Of a DNA stretch of 64,000 nucleotides, positions 50,911 to 61,184 are shown piece by piece (position 1 is the stretch's first letter; every line of letters begins with the position of its first letter). Both the position numbers and the translations under genes were made by a program. The notes under the pieces are model-generated. The model did no database searches, was not told the DNA's origin, and worked only from the letters and a program-made list of their open reading frames with translations. The stretch is from Pseudomonadales bacterium (GTDB lineage Bacteria; Pseudomonadota; Gammaproteobacteria; Pseudomonadales; UBA7239): assembly GCA_041395665.1 (NCBI GenBank), contig JAWLAB010000004.1, positions 106,227 through 170,226 of the forward strand, read 5' to 3'.

Positions 50911-51299
50911 TACTTAAAGTAGCGCTTTTTTGTAGTTTTGTTTGACGCCTTTGCCATTCTCATACAACAAGCCTAGTCGGATATTCTTCTTTTGTTTGCT
51001 GCGCTTTGGTGATACCAGCTGTGCCGCGGATGCATAGTTTCTGTTTACGCCCAAGCCTGCTTCGTAGATAAGCCCTAAGTTGAACTGCGGCTTCCTTTTC
51101 GCGATTTGAGAAACCAACTTCTGGCGGTTTCGTGATTTGCTGTCGATCACCGCGACCGTTAGGATACGTCAGACACGGCATTCTGTGCAGCAGCATCGCC
51201 TTTTTTGGCTTTTGCCATATTGTCGTCAAATGTTTGGTCTGCAAAAGCCAATTGGCAGGTGGCAGCGAGTAAGGCAATTAAACCGAGTTTGCGAATCAT
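50911..51299 (-). pseudogene. secreted Sel1-repeat (TPR-like) protein, frameshifted as sequenced
   Basis: Signal peptide MIRKLGLIALLAATCQLAFA from ATG 51299. Sel1 units GDAAAQN, LGLIYEAGLGVNRNYASAAQ and LGLLYENGKGVKQNYKKAL lie in different frames. Confidence 0.6.
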
Positions 51300-51426
51300 A
51301 AACATCTCCGTGTGTGGGTAGGGTAGTGCGTTGGCAAAAAAATACCTGTGTATGGGCTGGCTGTCTACTGATTTAACGAGACAGGTTATGTGTGAGAAAA
51401 ATTATTGGGAAGATAGTTCCGCTGCG

Positions 51427-52186
51427 CTATAAAAATTTCAGCAGTTGTTCTTCGCAATCAGAAAAATCGCGCACACAGCCCGCAGTGCGAACGCCTTGTT
51501 CAATGGCTGGGTAGCTGTAGGTGTAACAGGCGCCACCCATGCCTTCTTGGCTGGCGAGCAGGTTCGCCCGCTGTTTTCGACATCGAAAAAGCGCGCCAGC
51601 GAAACAAAATAGCCTTTTTGCAAATAAAGGCGGCTTCCAGTTCGTCTAGGTCAGTAAAGTGCTTGGTCGCCCATTTGCCGAAGCCGAGAATAAAACGGGG
51701 TTGCCAGCAAATTCCTGCGGTTGCGTCAGTTGCAGATCGCGCGCCTGCCACTGAAAAATCTGCACGCCATCGCGCTGTACGGTGCAGATCGCATCGCGCT
51801 GATCAGTTTGATCGGTGATGTGGATATCCCACTGCCGTACGGGGTTGGAGGCAGGAGCGTGCCGAATCGCCATGATGGTCAAATCCAACAAGTGCGTGCA
51901 GTTGGATGAAGGCGGCATGTGGAAGTTGAGAGTCGCGCAGGCTGGCGTGAATGCTGGTGCCGATGTAGCCTGATAGGCTCCACCGCGCCAGGGCAGCTGG
52001 TATAGGGGATGCGTTTGGTTTGCGCGTCGATGGCGGTGACGCTCACCATCGTGACTGACCGTGACGGTAAAGCCGTGGTTGGTGTCTTCCAACGCAAACA
52101 CAGCGCCTGCGCGCTGCTCCAGTCAATGGCGGCGGTAAGTGCCTTTGCCGTAGTTGGGATTGCGTGGGATAGTCGGGGAGTGCCAT
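51427..52186 (-). pseudogene. DUF2889-like protein, multiply frameshifted as sequenced
   Basis: Fragments FALEDTNHGFTVTVSHDGERV, TAIDAQTKRIPYTSCPGA and NCTHLLDL (compare the GCTHL motif of DUF2889) lie in different minus-strand frames. Confidence 0.45.
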
Positions 52187-52330
52187 GAGGAGTATCTGCC
52201 AGTAGCTCAAACAAAAAAGCCGCAAAAGCAGTGTATCGTACGTTAAGGCGATTACCGTGTGGTGCGACCCTCGAAAGCCTTAAAAACCCGCTACCTGGAT
52301 TTAGCGCAAAGATGCTAGTTGTTCGCAATT

Positions 52331-52354
52331 GAGATGATAATTATTATTGTTATC
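52331..52354. promoter_or_regulatory. Fur box upstream of the DUF1111/imelysin operon
   Basis: In GAGATGATAATTATTATTGTTATC, the core ATGATAATTATTATT matches the Fur consensus ATGATAATCATTATC at 13 of 15 positions. It lies about 40 nt upstream of ATG 52393. Confidence 0.7.
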
Positions 52355-52392
52355 TTGTCGTGCGATGTTCACTGACCCTCTCAGGTATCCCG

Positions 52393-53793
52393 ATGCACAC
52401 TTTTTCTCGCCCTGTTTTACTGGTCGCGCTCGCTTGGGTGTTGCCCCATTTTGCTGTCGCTGACCCTTTTCGCCCTGGTGGCGCAGCAACAGTGCTAGAA
52501 ACAGGTCCTAATGCTTACTCTTTGCCTTCCGCCAATTTACCGCCTTCGCGCAAAGTAGATTTCAGTGTCGGCAACAGCTTTTTTCGCAACCCGTGGGTGA
52601 TGGCGCCGTCGTCCACCACTGCGCGCGATGGTCTGGGTCCACTGTTCAATACCAATGCCTGCCAGAATTGCCATATCAAAGACGGGCGCGGCCATCCGCC
52701 GGCTGTGGATGATGGCAATGCGGTGTCGATGCTGGTGCGTTTGTCGATTCCCGCGAAGAAAGGGCAGGAGCAACAACTGTTGCTGGATGGCGTAATCCCT
52801 GACCCTGTTTACGGCGGTCAGTTGCAAGATATGGCTGTCCCTGGCCATCAGCCAGAAGGCAAAGTGCGCATTCATTACGCCGATCATCCAGTGACCTTGG
52901 CGGACGGCACGGTAGTCACGCTGCGCAAACCCACCATAAAAATCAGCGATCTAGCCTACGGCGCAATGCACCCACAGGTGATGTTGTCGGCGCGGGTTGC
53001 GCCGCCGATGATCGGCCTCGGTTTGTTGGAGGCGATTCCCGAAAAAGATTTGCTCGCTCATGAGGATCCGGACGATAAAAACGCGGACGGTATTTCTGGT
53101 CGCGCCAATCGTGTGTGGGACAGCGAACAGCAAAAAACCGTGATGGGGCGTTTTGGCTGGAAAGCGGGCAAGTCAACATTAAATCAACAAGACGCCGGTG
53201 CGTTTGCGGGTGATATGGGCATCACTTCGCGTGTGAATGCGACGGATGATTGCACAAAAGCGCAATTGGCTTGTCAGCAGGCGGTTACGGGTAACGATGC
53301 AGAAGGCCATGAAGTCAGCAACAAAATTTTGGCACAAGTGTTGTTTTACTCGCGCAACCTCGCCGTGCCAGCGCGCCGCAATATGCAAGATCCTGCCGTA
53401 CAGCGCGGTGAAAAATTATTTGCGCAGGCAGGGTGCCACAGTTGCCATGTGCCTTCATTTACCACGCGCAGCGATGCGGCAGAGCCAGAGTTAGCGAATC
53501 AAACCATTTACCCGTACACCGATTTGTTGTTGCACGATATGGGCGAAGGTTTAGCGGATAAACGCCCCGAATACATCGCCACTGGCAACGAATGGCGTAC
53601 GCCGCCGTTGTGGGGGCTGGGTCTCACGCAAACCGTCAACGGTCATACGCAATTTTTGCACGACGGTCGCGCGCGCAATGTGTTGGAAGCTATTTTGTGG
53701 CACGGCGGTGAAGCGGAAAAATCGGTGGATGCAGTGAAAAAAATGCCAGCCGCTGATCGCGATGCCTTGGTGAAATTTGTGGAATCACTTTGA
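52393..53793 (+). CDS. di-haem cytochrome c peroxidase-like protein (DUF1111 family)
   Basis: Signal peptide MHTFSRPVLLVALAWVLPHFAVA. Two CxxCH motifs (CQNCH, CHSCH). The context is typical of the family. Confidence 0.8.
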   Translation: MHTFSRPVLLVALAWVLPHFAVADPFRPGGAATVLETGPNAYSLPSANLPPSRKVDFSVGNSFFRNPWVMAPSSTTARDGLGPLFNTNACQNCHIKDGRGHPPAVDDGNAVSMLVRLSIPAKKGQEQQLLLDGVIPDPVYGGQLQDMAVPGHQPEGKVRIHYADHPVTLADGTVVTLRKPTIKISDLAYGAMHPQVMLSARVAPPMIGLGLLEAIPEKDLLAHEDPDDKNADGISGRANRVWDSEQQKTVMGRFGWKAGKSTLNQQDAGAFAGDMGITSRVNATDDCTKAQLACQQAVTGNDAEGHEVSNKILAQVLFYSRNLAVPARRNMQDPAVQRGEKLFAQAGCHSCHVPSFTTRSDAAEPELANQTIYPYTDLLLHDMGEGLADKRPEYIATGNEWRTPPLWGLGLTQTVNGHTQFLHDGRARNVLEAILWHGGEAEKSVDAVKKMPAADRDALVKFVESL

Positions 53794-54863
53794 TGAAAAC
53801 TGTCTTGATAAAATCGTCTCAAAAGAAATGGCTGTGTTTGAGTGCGTTTTTAATGGTGATGCCAGTGTGGGCGGATAACCCAGAAACGCAAGTTTTGAAT
53901 TATTTAGTGAAAGAAAAAGTGCTGCCTGCGCACAGCCATTGGCAACAAGCCAGTTCCGATTTTCAAAAGACTGTCGAAAGTTTCTGTAAGAAAAAAACTT
54001 CGCTCGCGGGCACGCAAGAGGCTTGGCGCAATGCACAACATGCTTGGGTGGCCTTGCAACCTTCCTTGGTGGACATCAATGCGCGCAACACCATCGGCAT
54101 GCAAGCATCTTTTTGGCCTGATAAACGCAATCTCGTAGGCAAACAAACAGAAGCTGCATTGGCAAGCGGGCAGACACTTTCGCTGGATACTTTGAAAGCA
54201 GGCAGCGTGGTGTTGCGCGGTTTAACCACCAGTGAATATCTGTTGTTTGATGCGCAACACAAAGCGGATGAATCTGCGCGTCGCGCATCGCTGTGCCCAT
54301 TGTTGCAATTGAATACGACTTACCAGAGTGAGTTGTCTTCACAAATCGTTTCGTTGCTGAAGCAAGATAAAGTTGAAGAAAATTTAACGCAATTGCCCAA
54401 TGCGCAATACGCCGACGCACACAGCGCGCTGACTGATTTGTTACGCACACATGTTACAGCGCTGGCAGTGACGAAGAAAAAAATGAGTGTGATCGCCAAT
54501 CAAGGTGATGCCGCTGCGGTGCAGTTGTTTCAAGCGGAAGCGTGGCGCGCGGGCGATACACTGAATAGCCTGCAAGCGAGTATCGTTGCCAGTCGTGCGC
54601 AATGGGATGGCAAAGGTTGGCGCAGTTTGCTTGTCGAGCGCAATGCAGAATTGGCCAATCGTGTTGATGCTGCTTACGCGGCCTTGCTGCAAAAACTTTC
54701 CGCGCAAAAGACCAAGCTGGAAACGCTGTTGAGCACAGCTGAAGGCCGTCAACAAGTGGATGCGCTGTACGCGGATCTCAACACGCTGCATCTTTTGTAT
54801 GAAAAAGAAGTGGCGAAAGCACTCGGCATACATCTCGGTTTTAATGGCACAGACGGTGATTGA
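53793..54863 (+). CDS. imelysin-like (peptidase M75 fold) protein lacking the HxxE motif
   Basis: The ATG overlaps the preceding stop. Signal peptide present. The equivalent position reads TSEYLLF instead of HxxE. It holds the second-imelysin position of the known 4-gene cluster. Confidence 0.65.
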   Translation: MKTVLIKSSQKKWLCLSAFLMVMPVWADNPETQVLNYLVKEKVLPAHSHWQQASSDFQKTVESFCKKKTSLAGTQEAWRNAQHAWVALQPSLVDINARNTIGMQASFWPDKRNLVGKQTEAALASGQTLSLDTLKAGSVVLRGLTTSEYLLFDAQHKADESARRASLCPLLQLNTTYQSELSSQIVSLLKQDKVEENLTQLPNAQYADAHSALTDLLRTHVTALAVTKKKMSVIANQGDAAAVQLFQAEAWRAGDTLNSLQASIVASRAQWDGKGWRSLLVERNAELANRVDAAYAALLQKLSAQKTKLETLLSTAEGRQQVDALYADLNTLHLLYEKEVAKALGIHLGFNGTDGD

Positions 54864-55992
54864 TTTTTCGTGCACACGGCGGCAATTGTTGCAGTGGACT
54901 GCCGCTGCAACTGCACTTAGCGCTGTACCCTTACACGCTAACGCTGCGCGGCAATCGTGTTTATTGTCCGCGCGTTCCGATGCAGAAGGGCGACACTTTT
55001 GTGTTGGCTACCATTTCGATGGCAGCGCGCAATTCACCACGCTAGTGCCGCAGCGCTGTCACGATATTGCACCGCATCCTTTTTTGCCTCGCGTTGCTTT
55101 CGTGGCACGCAGACCTGGCACGCAAGTTTATTTATTGGATAGTCGTGACGGCCGCATCGTCGCTACGCTCAACGCGCGCACGAATCGCCATTTTTATGGT
55201 CACGGTTTATTTGATGCCGCAGGTGAGCGTTTGTATTTGGTGGAAAACGATACGCGCGAACCGGGGCGCGGCGTGATGGGTGTTTATCGTTTGCAAAACG
55301 ACGCGTTTGTTTTTGAGCGTGAATTTGCCACGCACGGTATCGAGCCGCATCAATTTGTTTGGCTGCCGGATCACAGCGGTTTTGCAATTGCCAATGGCGG
55401 TGTGCGCACCGAGGCGAACAGTCGTGAAGCGATGAGCGATGTGGTGGAGTCGAGCTTAACGGTGGTGAATCTCGACGGCAGTTTGCGCAGTCGCGATACG
55501 CTGGCCGATGCGCGCAGCAGTATCCGCCATGTAGCTGTCGCCCATGACGGCACGCTGGTTGTCGGGCAGCAGTATGTATTTGAGCAGGGCAATACGCTGG
55601 AAGATGGGTTTGAACCGGCGCACGGCGGTTCGCTGATCGCTATCAAGCGCCCGCAACAATCCTTGCAGTTGTTTCCGCTGGCTGCCGCGCAAATGCAGGG
55701 CGTGAATTACTACAGCGCCAGCATCACGATTCATAACGAGCTGCGTTGGCTCGCCGCTTCTGCGCCGCGCGGTGGTCGCTTGCAAGTGTGGCATCTCGAT
55801 AGCGCCGTTAATTTACTCGATGATTTTTTGCCGGATTGCGCGGGTATCGCCGCTGTACCCGATGGTTTTGTCGCCAGTTCCGGTCAGCAGGCTTGTTTTC
55901 GTGTGTTGCATCAAGGTGAAGGCGTGGCGTTACAGCGCCTGCCTCTGCCCGCCGGTGGTTGGGATAACCACCTCGTTTTTTCGCCCGCGTAA
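54844..55992 (+). CDS. DUF1513 family periplasmic protein with twin-arginine signal
   Basis: Tat-type signal SCTRRQLLQWTAAATALSAVPLHANA. Predicted beta-propeller-like repeats. An alternative GTG start at about 54856 overlaps the upstream stop. Confidence 0.7.
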   Translation: MAQTVIDFSCTRRQLLQWTAAATALSAVPLHANAARQSCLLSARSDAEGRHFCVGYHFDGSAQFTTLVPQRCHDIAPHPFLPRVAFVARRPGTQVYLLDSRDGRIVATLNARTNRHFYGHGLFDAAGERLYLVENDTREPGRGVMGVYRLQNDAFVFEREFATHGIEPHQFVWLPDHSGFAIANGGVRTEANSREAMSDVVESSLTVVNLDGSLRSRDTLADARSSIRHVAVAHDGTLVVGQQYVFEQGNTLEDGFEPAHGGSLIAIKRPQQSLQLFPLAAAQMQGVNYYSASITIHNELRWLAASAPRGGRLQVWHLDSAVNLLDDFLPDCAGIAAVPDGFVASSGQQACFRVLHQGEGVALQRLPLPAGGWDNHLVFSPA

Positions 55993-56029
55993 TTTTTTTC
56001 AACATTTTTTCTCAACCGAGGAGATCGCC

Positions 56030-57085
56030 ATGAATTTTTCTCTGCCATTGCATCGTGCTGCACTTATGGCTGCTGTGTGTTTGCTCGCCGCTTGCGGTAA
56101 ACAGGAAGCGACAACGGCTGCTGCACCAGAAGCGGTGAAAGCTGCGCCAGAAATTGTTGTTTACTCCACGCGCAACGAGCAGTTGATCAAACCGGTTTTT
56201 GATACTTACACCGCACAAACGGGCGTAAAAATTAATTTTGTTACCGATAAAGAAGGCCCGTTGTTGGAACGCCTGAAAAATGAAGGCGCGAATACAGCGG
56301 CGGATATATTGCTGACGGTAGATGTCGGCACTTTGTGGCAAGCGACGCAGATGCATTTATTGCAGCCAGTGGAATCTGCCGCGTTGCAAAAAAATGTCGC
56401 AGAGCATTTGCGTGATCCGGGCAAACAGTGGTTCGGTCTTTCCGCGCGTGCGCGCAGTATTTTCTACAACCCAACACTGGTGAAGCCGGAAGAGTTGTCG
56501 ACTTATCAAGCATTGGCGGATGAAAAATGGGCGGGGAAACTTTGCTTGCGCACTTCGAAAAAAGTCTACAACCAATCGTTAGTGGCGATGTTGATTGCTG
56601 CTAACGGCGAAGAAGCAGCTGAAAAAATGGTGCGCGGTTGGGTGGATAACTTGGCGGTGCCGCCGTTTCCTGATGACACAAAAATGCTGGAAGCCATTGC
56701 CGCCGGTCAGTGCGCAGTGGGCATCGCCAACACTTATTACTTCGGTCGTTTGCAGCGCGATCAACCCGATATTGCCGTACGCGTGTTTTGGCCGAATCAA
56801 GGCGAAGGACAGGACGGCGTGCATATCAACATCGCCGGTGGTGGTGTGACGGCGCACGCAAAACACCGCGACGAAGCGGTGAAATTGCTGGAGTGGATGT
56901 CATCCCCGCAAGCGCAAAATCTGTTCGCCGACAGCAACATGGAATACCCCGTGAACTGGAGCGTGAAGCCTGCGCCTGCGGTGTCGGCGTGGGGCGATTT
57001 CCGCCCGAGTGCTATCAACATCAGCAAGGCGGGTGAGCTGCAAGCGCAGGCGGTGCAGTTGATGGATCGCGCCGGTTATCAGTAA
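56030..57085 (+). CDS. Fe(3+) ABC transporter substrate-binding protein (FbpA-like)
   Basis: Lipobox/signal MNFSLPLHRAALMAAVCLLAACGK. The FbpA-like blocks are VYSTRNEQLI, ADILLTVD and ANTYYFGRL. Confidence 0.8.
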   Translation: MNFSLPLHRAALMAAVCLLAACGKQEATTAAAPEAVKAAPEIVVYSTRNEQLIKPVFDTYTAQTGVKINFVTDKEGPLLERLKNEGANTAADILLTVDVGTLWQATQMHLLQPVESAALQKNVAEHLRDPGKQWFGLSARARSIFYNPTLVKPEELSTYQALADEKWAGKLCLRTSKKVYNQSLVAMLIAANGEEAAEKMVRGWVDNLAVPPFPDDTKMLEAIAAGQCAVGIANTYYFGRLQRDQPDIAVRVFWPNQGEGQDGVHINIAGGGVTAHAKHRDEAVKLLEWMSSPQAQNLFADSNMEYPVNWSVKPAPAVSAWGDFRPSAINISKAGELQAQAVQLMDRAGYQ

Positions 57086-57111
57086 TTTGTGTGCAGAGCT
57101 AACGAGCTAAG

Positions 57112-58692
57112 TTGATGGGATTGCGCTTCGCGTTATGGAGCATCGCGGCCTTGGCGATACTGCCACTGCTGGTGGTGCTGTCGTCGCTGGCGCAACCGGA
57201 CACCGAAATTTGGCGGCACCTCGCCACTTATGTGCTGCCGCGCGTGCTGCTCAATACGCTGCTGTTGTGCAGCGGGGTGCTGCTCGGTGTGTTGCTACTG
57301 GGCGTTTCGCTGGCGTGGTTGGTCACGCAGTATCGCTTTCCGGGCAGCCGCGCCTTCAGTTGGCTGTTGATGCTGCCGCTGGCCGTGCCTGCCTATGTGA
57401 TGGCGTTCGTGCAAGTCGGTTTTCTCGATTTCACCGGCCCCGTGCAAGCCATATTGCGCACTGTTTTTGGCGATGGTCTGCGCCTGCCGCCGGTGCGCAG
57501 TTTAGGCGGTGCGGTGTTGGTGCTGTCGCTCAGTTTTTATCCCTATGTGTATTTGCTGGCGCGCAACGCCTTTGCTAGCCAAGGTAGCCGCGCGTTGGAA
57601 GTCGGGCAGTCTTTGGGCTTGTCGCCTTGGCAATCGCTGTGGCGTGTGGTGCTGCCGCTGGCGCGTCCGTGGCTGGCGGCGGGTTGTCTGTTGGCAGTGA
57701 TGGAGACGCTGGCGGATTTCGGGGCGGTCTATATTCTGGGGGTCGATACATTTACCACGGCGATCTACAAAGCGTGGTTTTCTTTGTTTTCCCTACCGGC
57801 AGCTTCGCAACTGGCTTCGCTGTTGATCTTGCTGGCGCTGTTGTTGATGGCGGTTGAGCAGTGGCAGCGCGGCGCGCGGCGCTATACACCGGCGGGGCAG
57901 TCGGCTGCGCCGCGCGCGCTGAGTGGCTGGCACAAAATCGCTGCGACAGGGTTTTGTACAGCGGTGTTGCTGTCGGCATTTGTGATTCCGCTGCTGCAAT
58001 TGCTGTGGTGGGTGGTGCAGCGCGGCTGGGCCGATTTCGATGCGCGCTACGCTGGTTTTGTCTGGCACTCGCTGTATTTAGCCAGTTTGGCAGCGCTGTT
58101 GGTGGTGGCGCTGGCCTTGGTGCTCGCCTACGCGCGGCATCACTTGGCGGATCGCAGCACGCAGCTCGCGGTACAAATGGCTTCGGTGGGCTACGCCATC
58201 CCAGGCGCGGTGTTGGCGGTCGGCATGTTTATCCCCGTGGCGTGGCTCGATAATCAACTGATCGAGCTACTGGGCTTGCCAACGAACGCGCTGCTGAAAG
58301 GCTCGGTGATCGTGTTATTGCTGGCGCTGGCCTGCCGGTTTTTGTCGGTGGGTTTGTCGCCCATCACCAGTGGTTTTCAACGCATCACCCATTCGCAAGT
58401 GTTGGCGGCGCGTTCGCTCGGCGTACGCGGTTGGGCGCTGTTGCGCAGGCTGTATCTGCCACTGTTGCGCGGCGGTTTAACCACCAGTGTGTTGATGGTG
58501 TTGATCGATGTTTTAAAAGAAATGCCGATCACCTTGATGATGCGTCCTTTTGGTTGGGACACGCTGGCCATCCGTATTTTTGAGATGACTTCCGAGGGCG
58601 AGTGGCAGCGTGCGGCGCTGCCTGCCGTCATGTTGGTGCTGGCGGGGTTGTTGCCGGTGGTGATACTGATTCGTGCAGGAGAGCAGCGCTGA
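57112..58692 (+). CDS. iron ABC transporter permease, duplicated-domain (FbpB-like)
   Basis: 526 aa with two tandem permease modules, each with an EAA-like loop (QSLGLSPWQSLWRVVLPLARP, RSLGVRGWALLRRLYLPLLR). Confidence 0.85.
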   Translation: MMGLRFALWSIAALAILPLLVVLSSLAQPDTEIWRHLATYVLPRVLLNTLLLCSGVLLGVLLLGVSLAWLVTQYRFPGSRAFSWLLMLPLAVPAYVMAFVQVGFLDFTGPVQAILRTVFGDGLRLPPVRSLGGAVLVLSLSFYPYVYLLARNAFASQGSRALEVGQSLGLSPWQSLWRVVLPLARPWLAAGCLLAVMETLADFGAVYILGVDTFTTAIYKAWFSLFSLPAASQLASLLILLALLLMAVEQWQRGARRYTPAGQSAAPRALSGWHKIAATGFCTAVLLSAFVIPLLQLLWWVVQRGWADFDARYAGFVWHSLYLASLAALLVVALALVLAYARHHLADRSTQLAVQMASVGYAIPGAVLAVGMFIPVAWLDNQLIELLGLPTNALLKGSVIVLLLALACRFLSVGLSPITSGFQRITHSQVLAARSLGVRGWALLRRLYLPLLRGGLTTSVLMVLIDVLKEMPITLMMRPFGWDTLAIRIFEMTSEGEWQRAALPAVMLVLAGLLPVVILIRAGEQR

Positions 58693-58693
58693 G

Positions 58694-59752
58694 ATGAACG
58701 CGGAACAAAAAATGTGGCTGGAAATCCAGCAGGCGACGGTCTGTTACGGCGCACAAGCTGTACTGCGCGATGTGTCGCTGTCACTGGTGGCAGGGGAAAT
58801 CGGCTGTTTGTTGGGCGGCTCCGGCACAGGTAAATCCACCCTGCTGCGAGCTGTTGCCGGTTTTGAACCCTTGGCGAGTGGCAGCATCGTGCTGGCGGGG
58901 CGGCAGCTGTCTGGCACTGGCATCAATGTACCAGCGCATCAGCGCGGCGTTGGCATGGTGTTTCAGGATCACGCCTTGTTTCCGCATCTCAATGTGGCCG
59001 ACAACATCGCCTTCGGTTTGCACGCCTTATCGAAAACACAACGCGAGCAGCGCGTCGAAGAACTGTTGGCGATGATTGCATTGAGCGATTGCGCGCGCCG
59101 TTTCCCGCATGAGTTGTCCGGTGGCCAACAGCAGCGTATCGCCTTGGCTCGTGCACTCGCGCCGCAGCCGTCGTTGGTGTTGCTCGATGAACCTTTCGCC
59201 AGTCTCGACACCGAATTGCGTCAACGCTTGGCGATGGATGTGCGCGCACTGCTCAAGCGCAGCAAGACGGCGGCATTGTTGGTGACGCACGATCAGCAGG
59301 AAGCTTTTGCTATGGCGGATCGTGTCGGCCTGCTGGCCGATGGTGCGCTGCAACAGTGGGCCACGCCCTATGCGCTGTACCATGAGCCAGTCAATCGTAC
59401 GGTGGCAGATTTTGTCGGCGAAGGTGTGTTTTTACCGGCAGCCTTGCTCAGTGAGCGCTGCTTACAATTGTCTTTGGGTGAGTTCTGCCGCCTACACGAT
59501 TTGCCGATAGCCAGTTGTGGCAAGTTGGATGTGCTGGTACGGCCTGATGATGTGATGCATGACGATGCCAGCCCTGTGCAAGCGCGCGTATTGGCCAAGC
59601 AATTTCGCGGTGCAGATTTTCTCTACACCCTGCAACTAAAGGATGGCGCTGAAGTATTGTCGCTGGTGCCTAGTCACCACGATCACGCCATCGGCGAAGC
59701 AATAGGTATTCGTGTGGAGTTGGATCACCTGATTGCGTTTCCGGCGCGGTAG
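58694..59752 (+). CDS. iron ABC transporter ATP-binding protein (FbpC-like)
   Basis: Walker A GGSGTGKST, signature LSGGQQQRIALARAL and Walker B LVLLDEPF. Confidence 0.9.
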   Translation: MNAEQKMWLEIQQATVCYGAQAVLRDVSLSLVAGEIGCLLGGSGTGKSTLLRAVAGFEPLASGSIVLAGRQLSGTGINVPAHQRGVGMVFQDHALFPHLNVADNIAFGLHALSKTQREQRVEELLAMIALSDCARRFPHELSGGQQQRIALARALAPQPSLVLLDEPFASLDTELRQRLAMDVRALLKRSKTAALLVTHDQQEAFAMADRVGLLADGALQQWATPYALYHEPVNRTVADFVGEGVFLPAALLSERCLQLSLGEFCRLHDLPIASCGKLDVLVRPDDVMHDDASPVQARVLAKQFRGADFLYTLQLKDGAEVLSLVPSHHDHAIGEAIGIRVELDHLIAFPAR

Positions 59753-59783
59753 TGTTCATGCACAGCGGCGCTTACACCCACAA

Positions 59784-59798
59784 ATAAAAACCATTATC
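59784..59798. promoter_or_regulatory. weaker Fur-box-like sequence upstream of the HxxE imelysin gene
   Basis: ATAAAAACCATTATC matches the consensus ATGATAATCATTATC at 12 of 15 positions. It lies 30 nt upstream of ATG 59829. Confidence 0.4.
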
Positions 59799-59828
59799 AT
59801 TTACAAGTTCATTTTCCTAGGAGGTTTT

Positions 59829-61169
59829 ATGCAAGTTTTACGGCGTGGTTTTCCAGTGTTGGCGGTCAGTGCTCTGTCTTTGGGTCTGGCTTTGAGTGGT
59901 TGTGGCAAACAAGAGGCGGCGAAGCCTGCAGAAGCGCCTACTCCAGCAGCGTCCGCACCTGCACCTGTTCAAGCGCCAGTAGCACAAACAGTCACGGCGG
60001 AAGCTGTCATCGCGCATTACGGCGACATCGCACAGGCTGTTTTTAGCGACGCGCTGAAAGCGGCAGAAGCCTTGCAACAAGCGAGCGACAAACTGATCGC
60101 CGAGCCGACTGCTGCGAACTTGGAAGCGGCGCGTCAAGCGTGGTTTGCAGCGCGCGTGCCTTACATGCAGAGCGAAGTGTTTCGTTTTGGCAACAGCGTG
60201 GTGGATGACTGGGAAGGCCAGCTCAACGCGTGGCCACTGGACGAAGGTTTGATCGACTATGTTTCGCAAGATTACCAAGCGGCACTGGGCAATCCGGGTG
60301 CATCGGCCAATATCATCGCCAACACTTCTTTGAAAGTGGGTGAGAAAACGCTGGATCTCACCACCATCACGCCGGAATTGCTGGCGAGCTTGAACGAGTT
60401 GGGCGGCAGCGAAGCGAATGTCGCCACCGGCTATCACGCCATCGAGTTCTTGTTGTGGGGTCAGGATTTGCACGGCACAGCAGCCGGTGCGGGTGAACGA
60501 CCAGCCACCGATTATGTACAGGGTGAAGGCTGCACTGGCGGCAACTGTGATCGCCGCGCACAATTCTTGAAAGCCGCTTCTGCGCTGTTGGTAAAAGATT
60601 TGCAGGATATGGTCGCGCAGTGGCAGCCGAACGCCGACAACTACCGCGCGCAATTGCAAAAAGAAACGGGCGAGCAGGGCTTGCGCAAAATGCTGTTCGG
60701 TATGGGCAGCTTGTCGCTGGGCGAACTGGCTGGTGAGCGCATGAAAGTGGCGCTGGAAGCCAACTCCACCGAAGACGAACACGATTGCTTTAGCGATAAC
60801 ACCCACAACTCGCATTTCTACGATGCCAAAGGTATTCGCAATATCTACCTCGGCGAATACAAACGCACCGACGGCAGCGTGTTGAGCGGTCCTAGCTTGT
60901 CTGCGCTTGTGAAAGCCAAAGACGCAGCGATTGATACTGATCTGCAAGCGAAACTGGCAGCGACTGAACAGGCCATGCAAGTGTTGGTGGATAGCGCAGC
61001 GCAAGGGCAGCATTTTGACCAGCTGATCGCTGCTGACAATGCTGCGGGTAACGAGAAAGTGAAAGCTGCGATTGCTGCTTTGGTGGCTCAAACCACTGCG
61101 ATTGAATCCGCTGCAAAAGCTCTAGGTATCAGCGAATTAAATCCGGATACTGCGGATCACAAATTTTAA
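59829..61169 (+). CDS. imelysin family lipoprotein (IrpA/peptidase M75-like) with HxxE motif
   Basis: Lipobox LALSGCGK. Metal motif GYHAIEFLLWGQD (HxxE). GGAGG RBS. Confidence 0.75.
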   Translation: MQVLRRGFPVLAVSALSLGLALSGCGKQEAAKPAEAPTPAASAPAPVQAPVAQTVTAEAVIAHYGDIAQAVFSDALKAAEALQQASDKLIAEPTAANLEAARQAWFAARVPYMQSEVFRFGNSVVDDWEGQLNAWPLDEGLIDYVSQDYQAALGNPGASANIIANTSLKVGEKTLDLTTITPELLASLNELGGSEANVATGYHAIEFLLWGQDLHGTAAGAGERPATDYVQGEGCTGGNCDRRAQFLKAASALLVKDLQDMVAQWQPNADNYRAQLQKETGEQGLRKMLFGMGSLSLGELAGERMKVALEANSTEDEHDCFSDNTHNSHFYDAKGIRNIYLGEYKRTDGSVLSGPSLSALVKAKDAAIDTDLQAKLAATEQAMQVLVDSAAQGQHFDQLIAADNAAGNEKVKAAIAALVAQTTAIESAAKALGISELNPDTADHKF

Positions 61170-61184
61170 TCAAGGCTTTCATTT

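Noticed and set aside
59838-61091. A 417-aa minus-strand ORF covering almost the whole imelysin gene.
   Set aside because: The sense ORF has a lipobox, an HxxE motif, an RBS and a Fur-like box. The antisense translation is Arg/Cys/Gln-rich with no motif, which is typical of chance openness opposite a GC3-rich gene.
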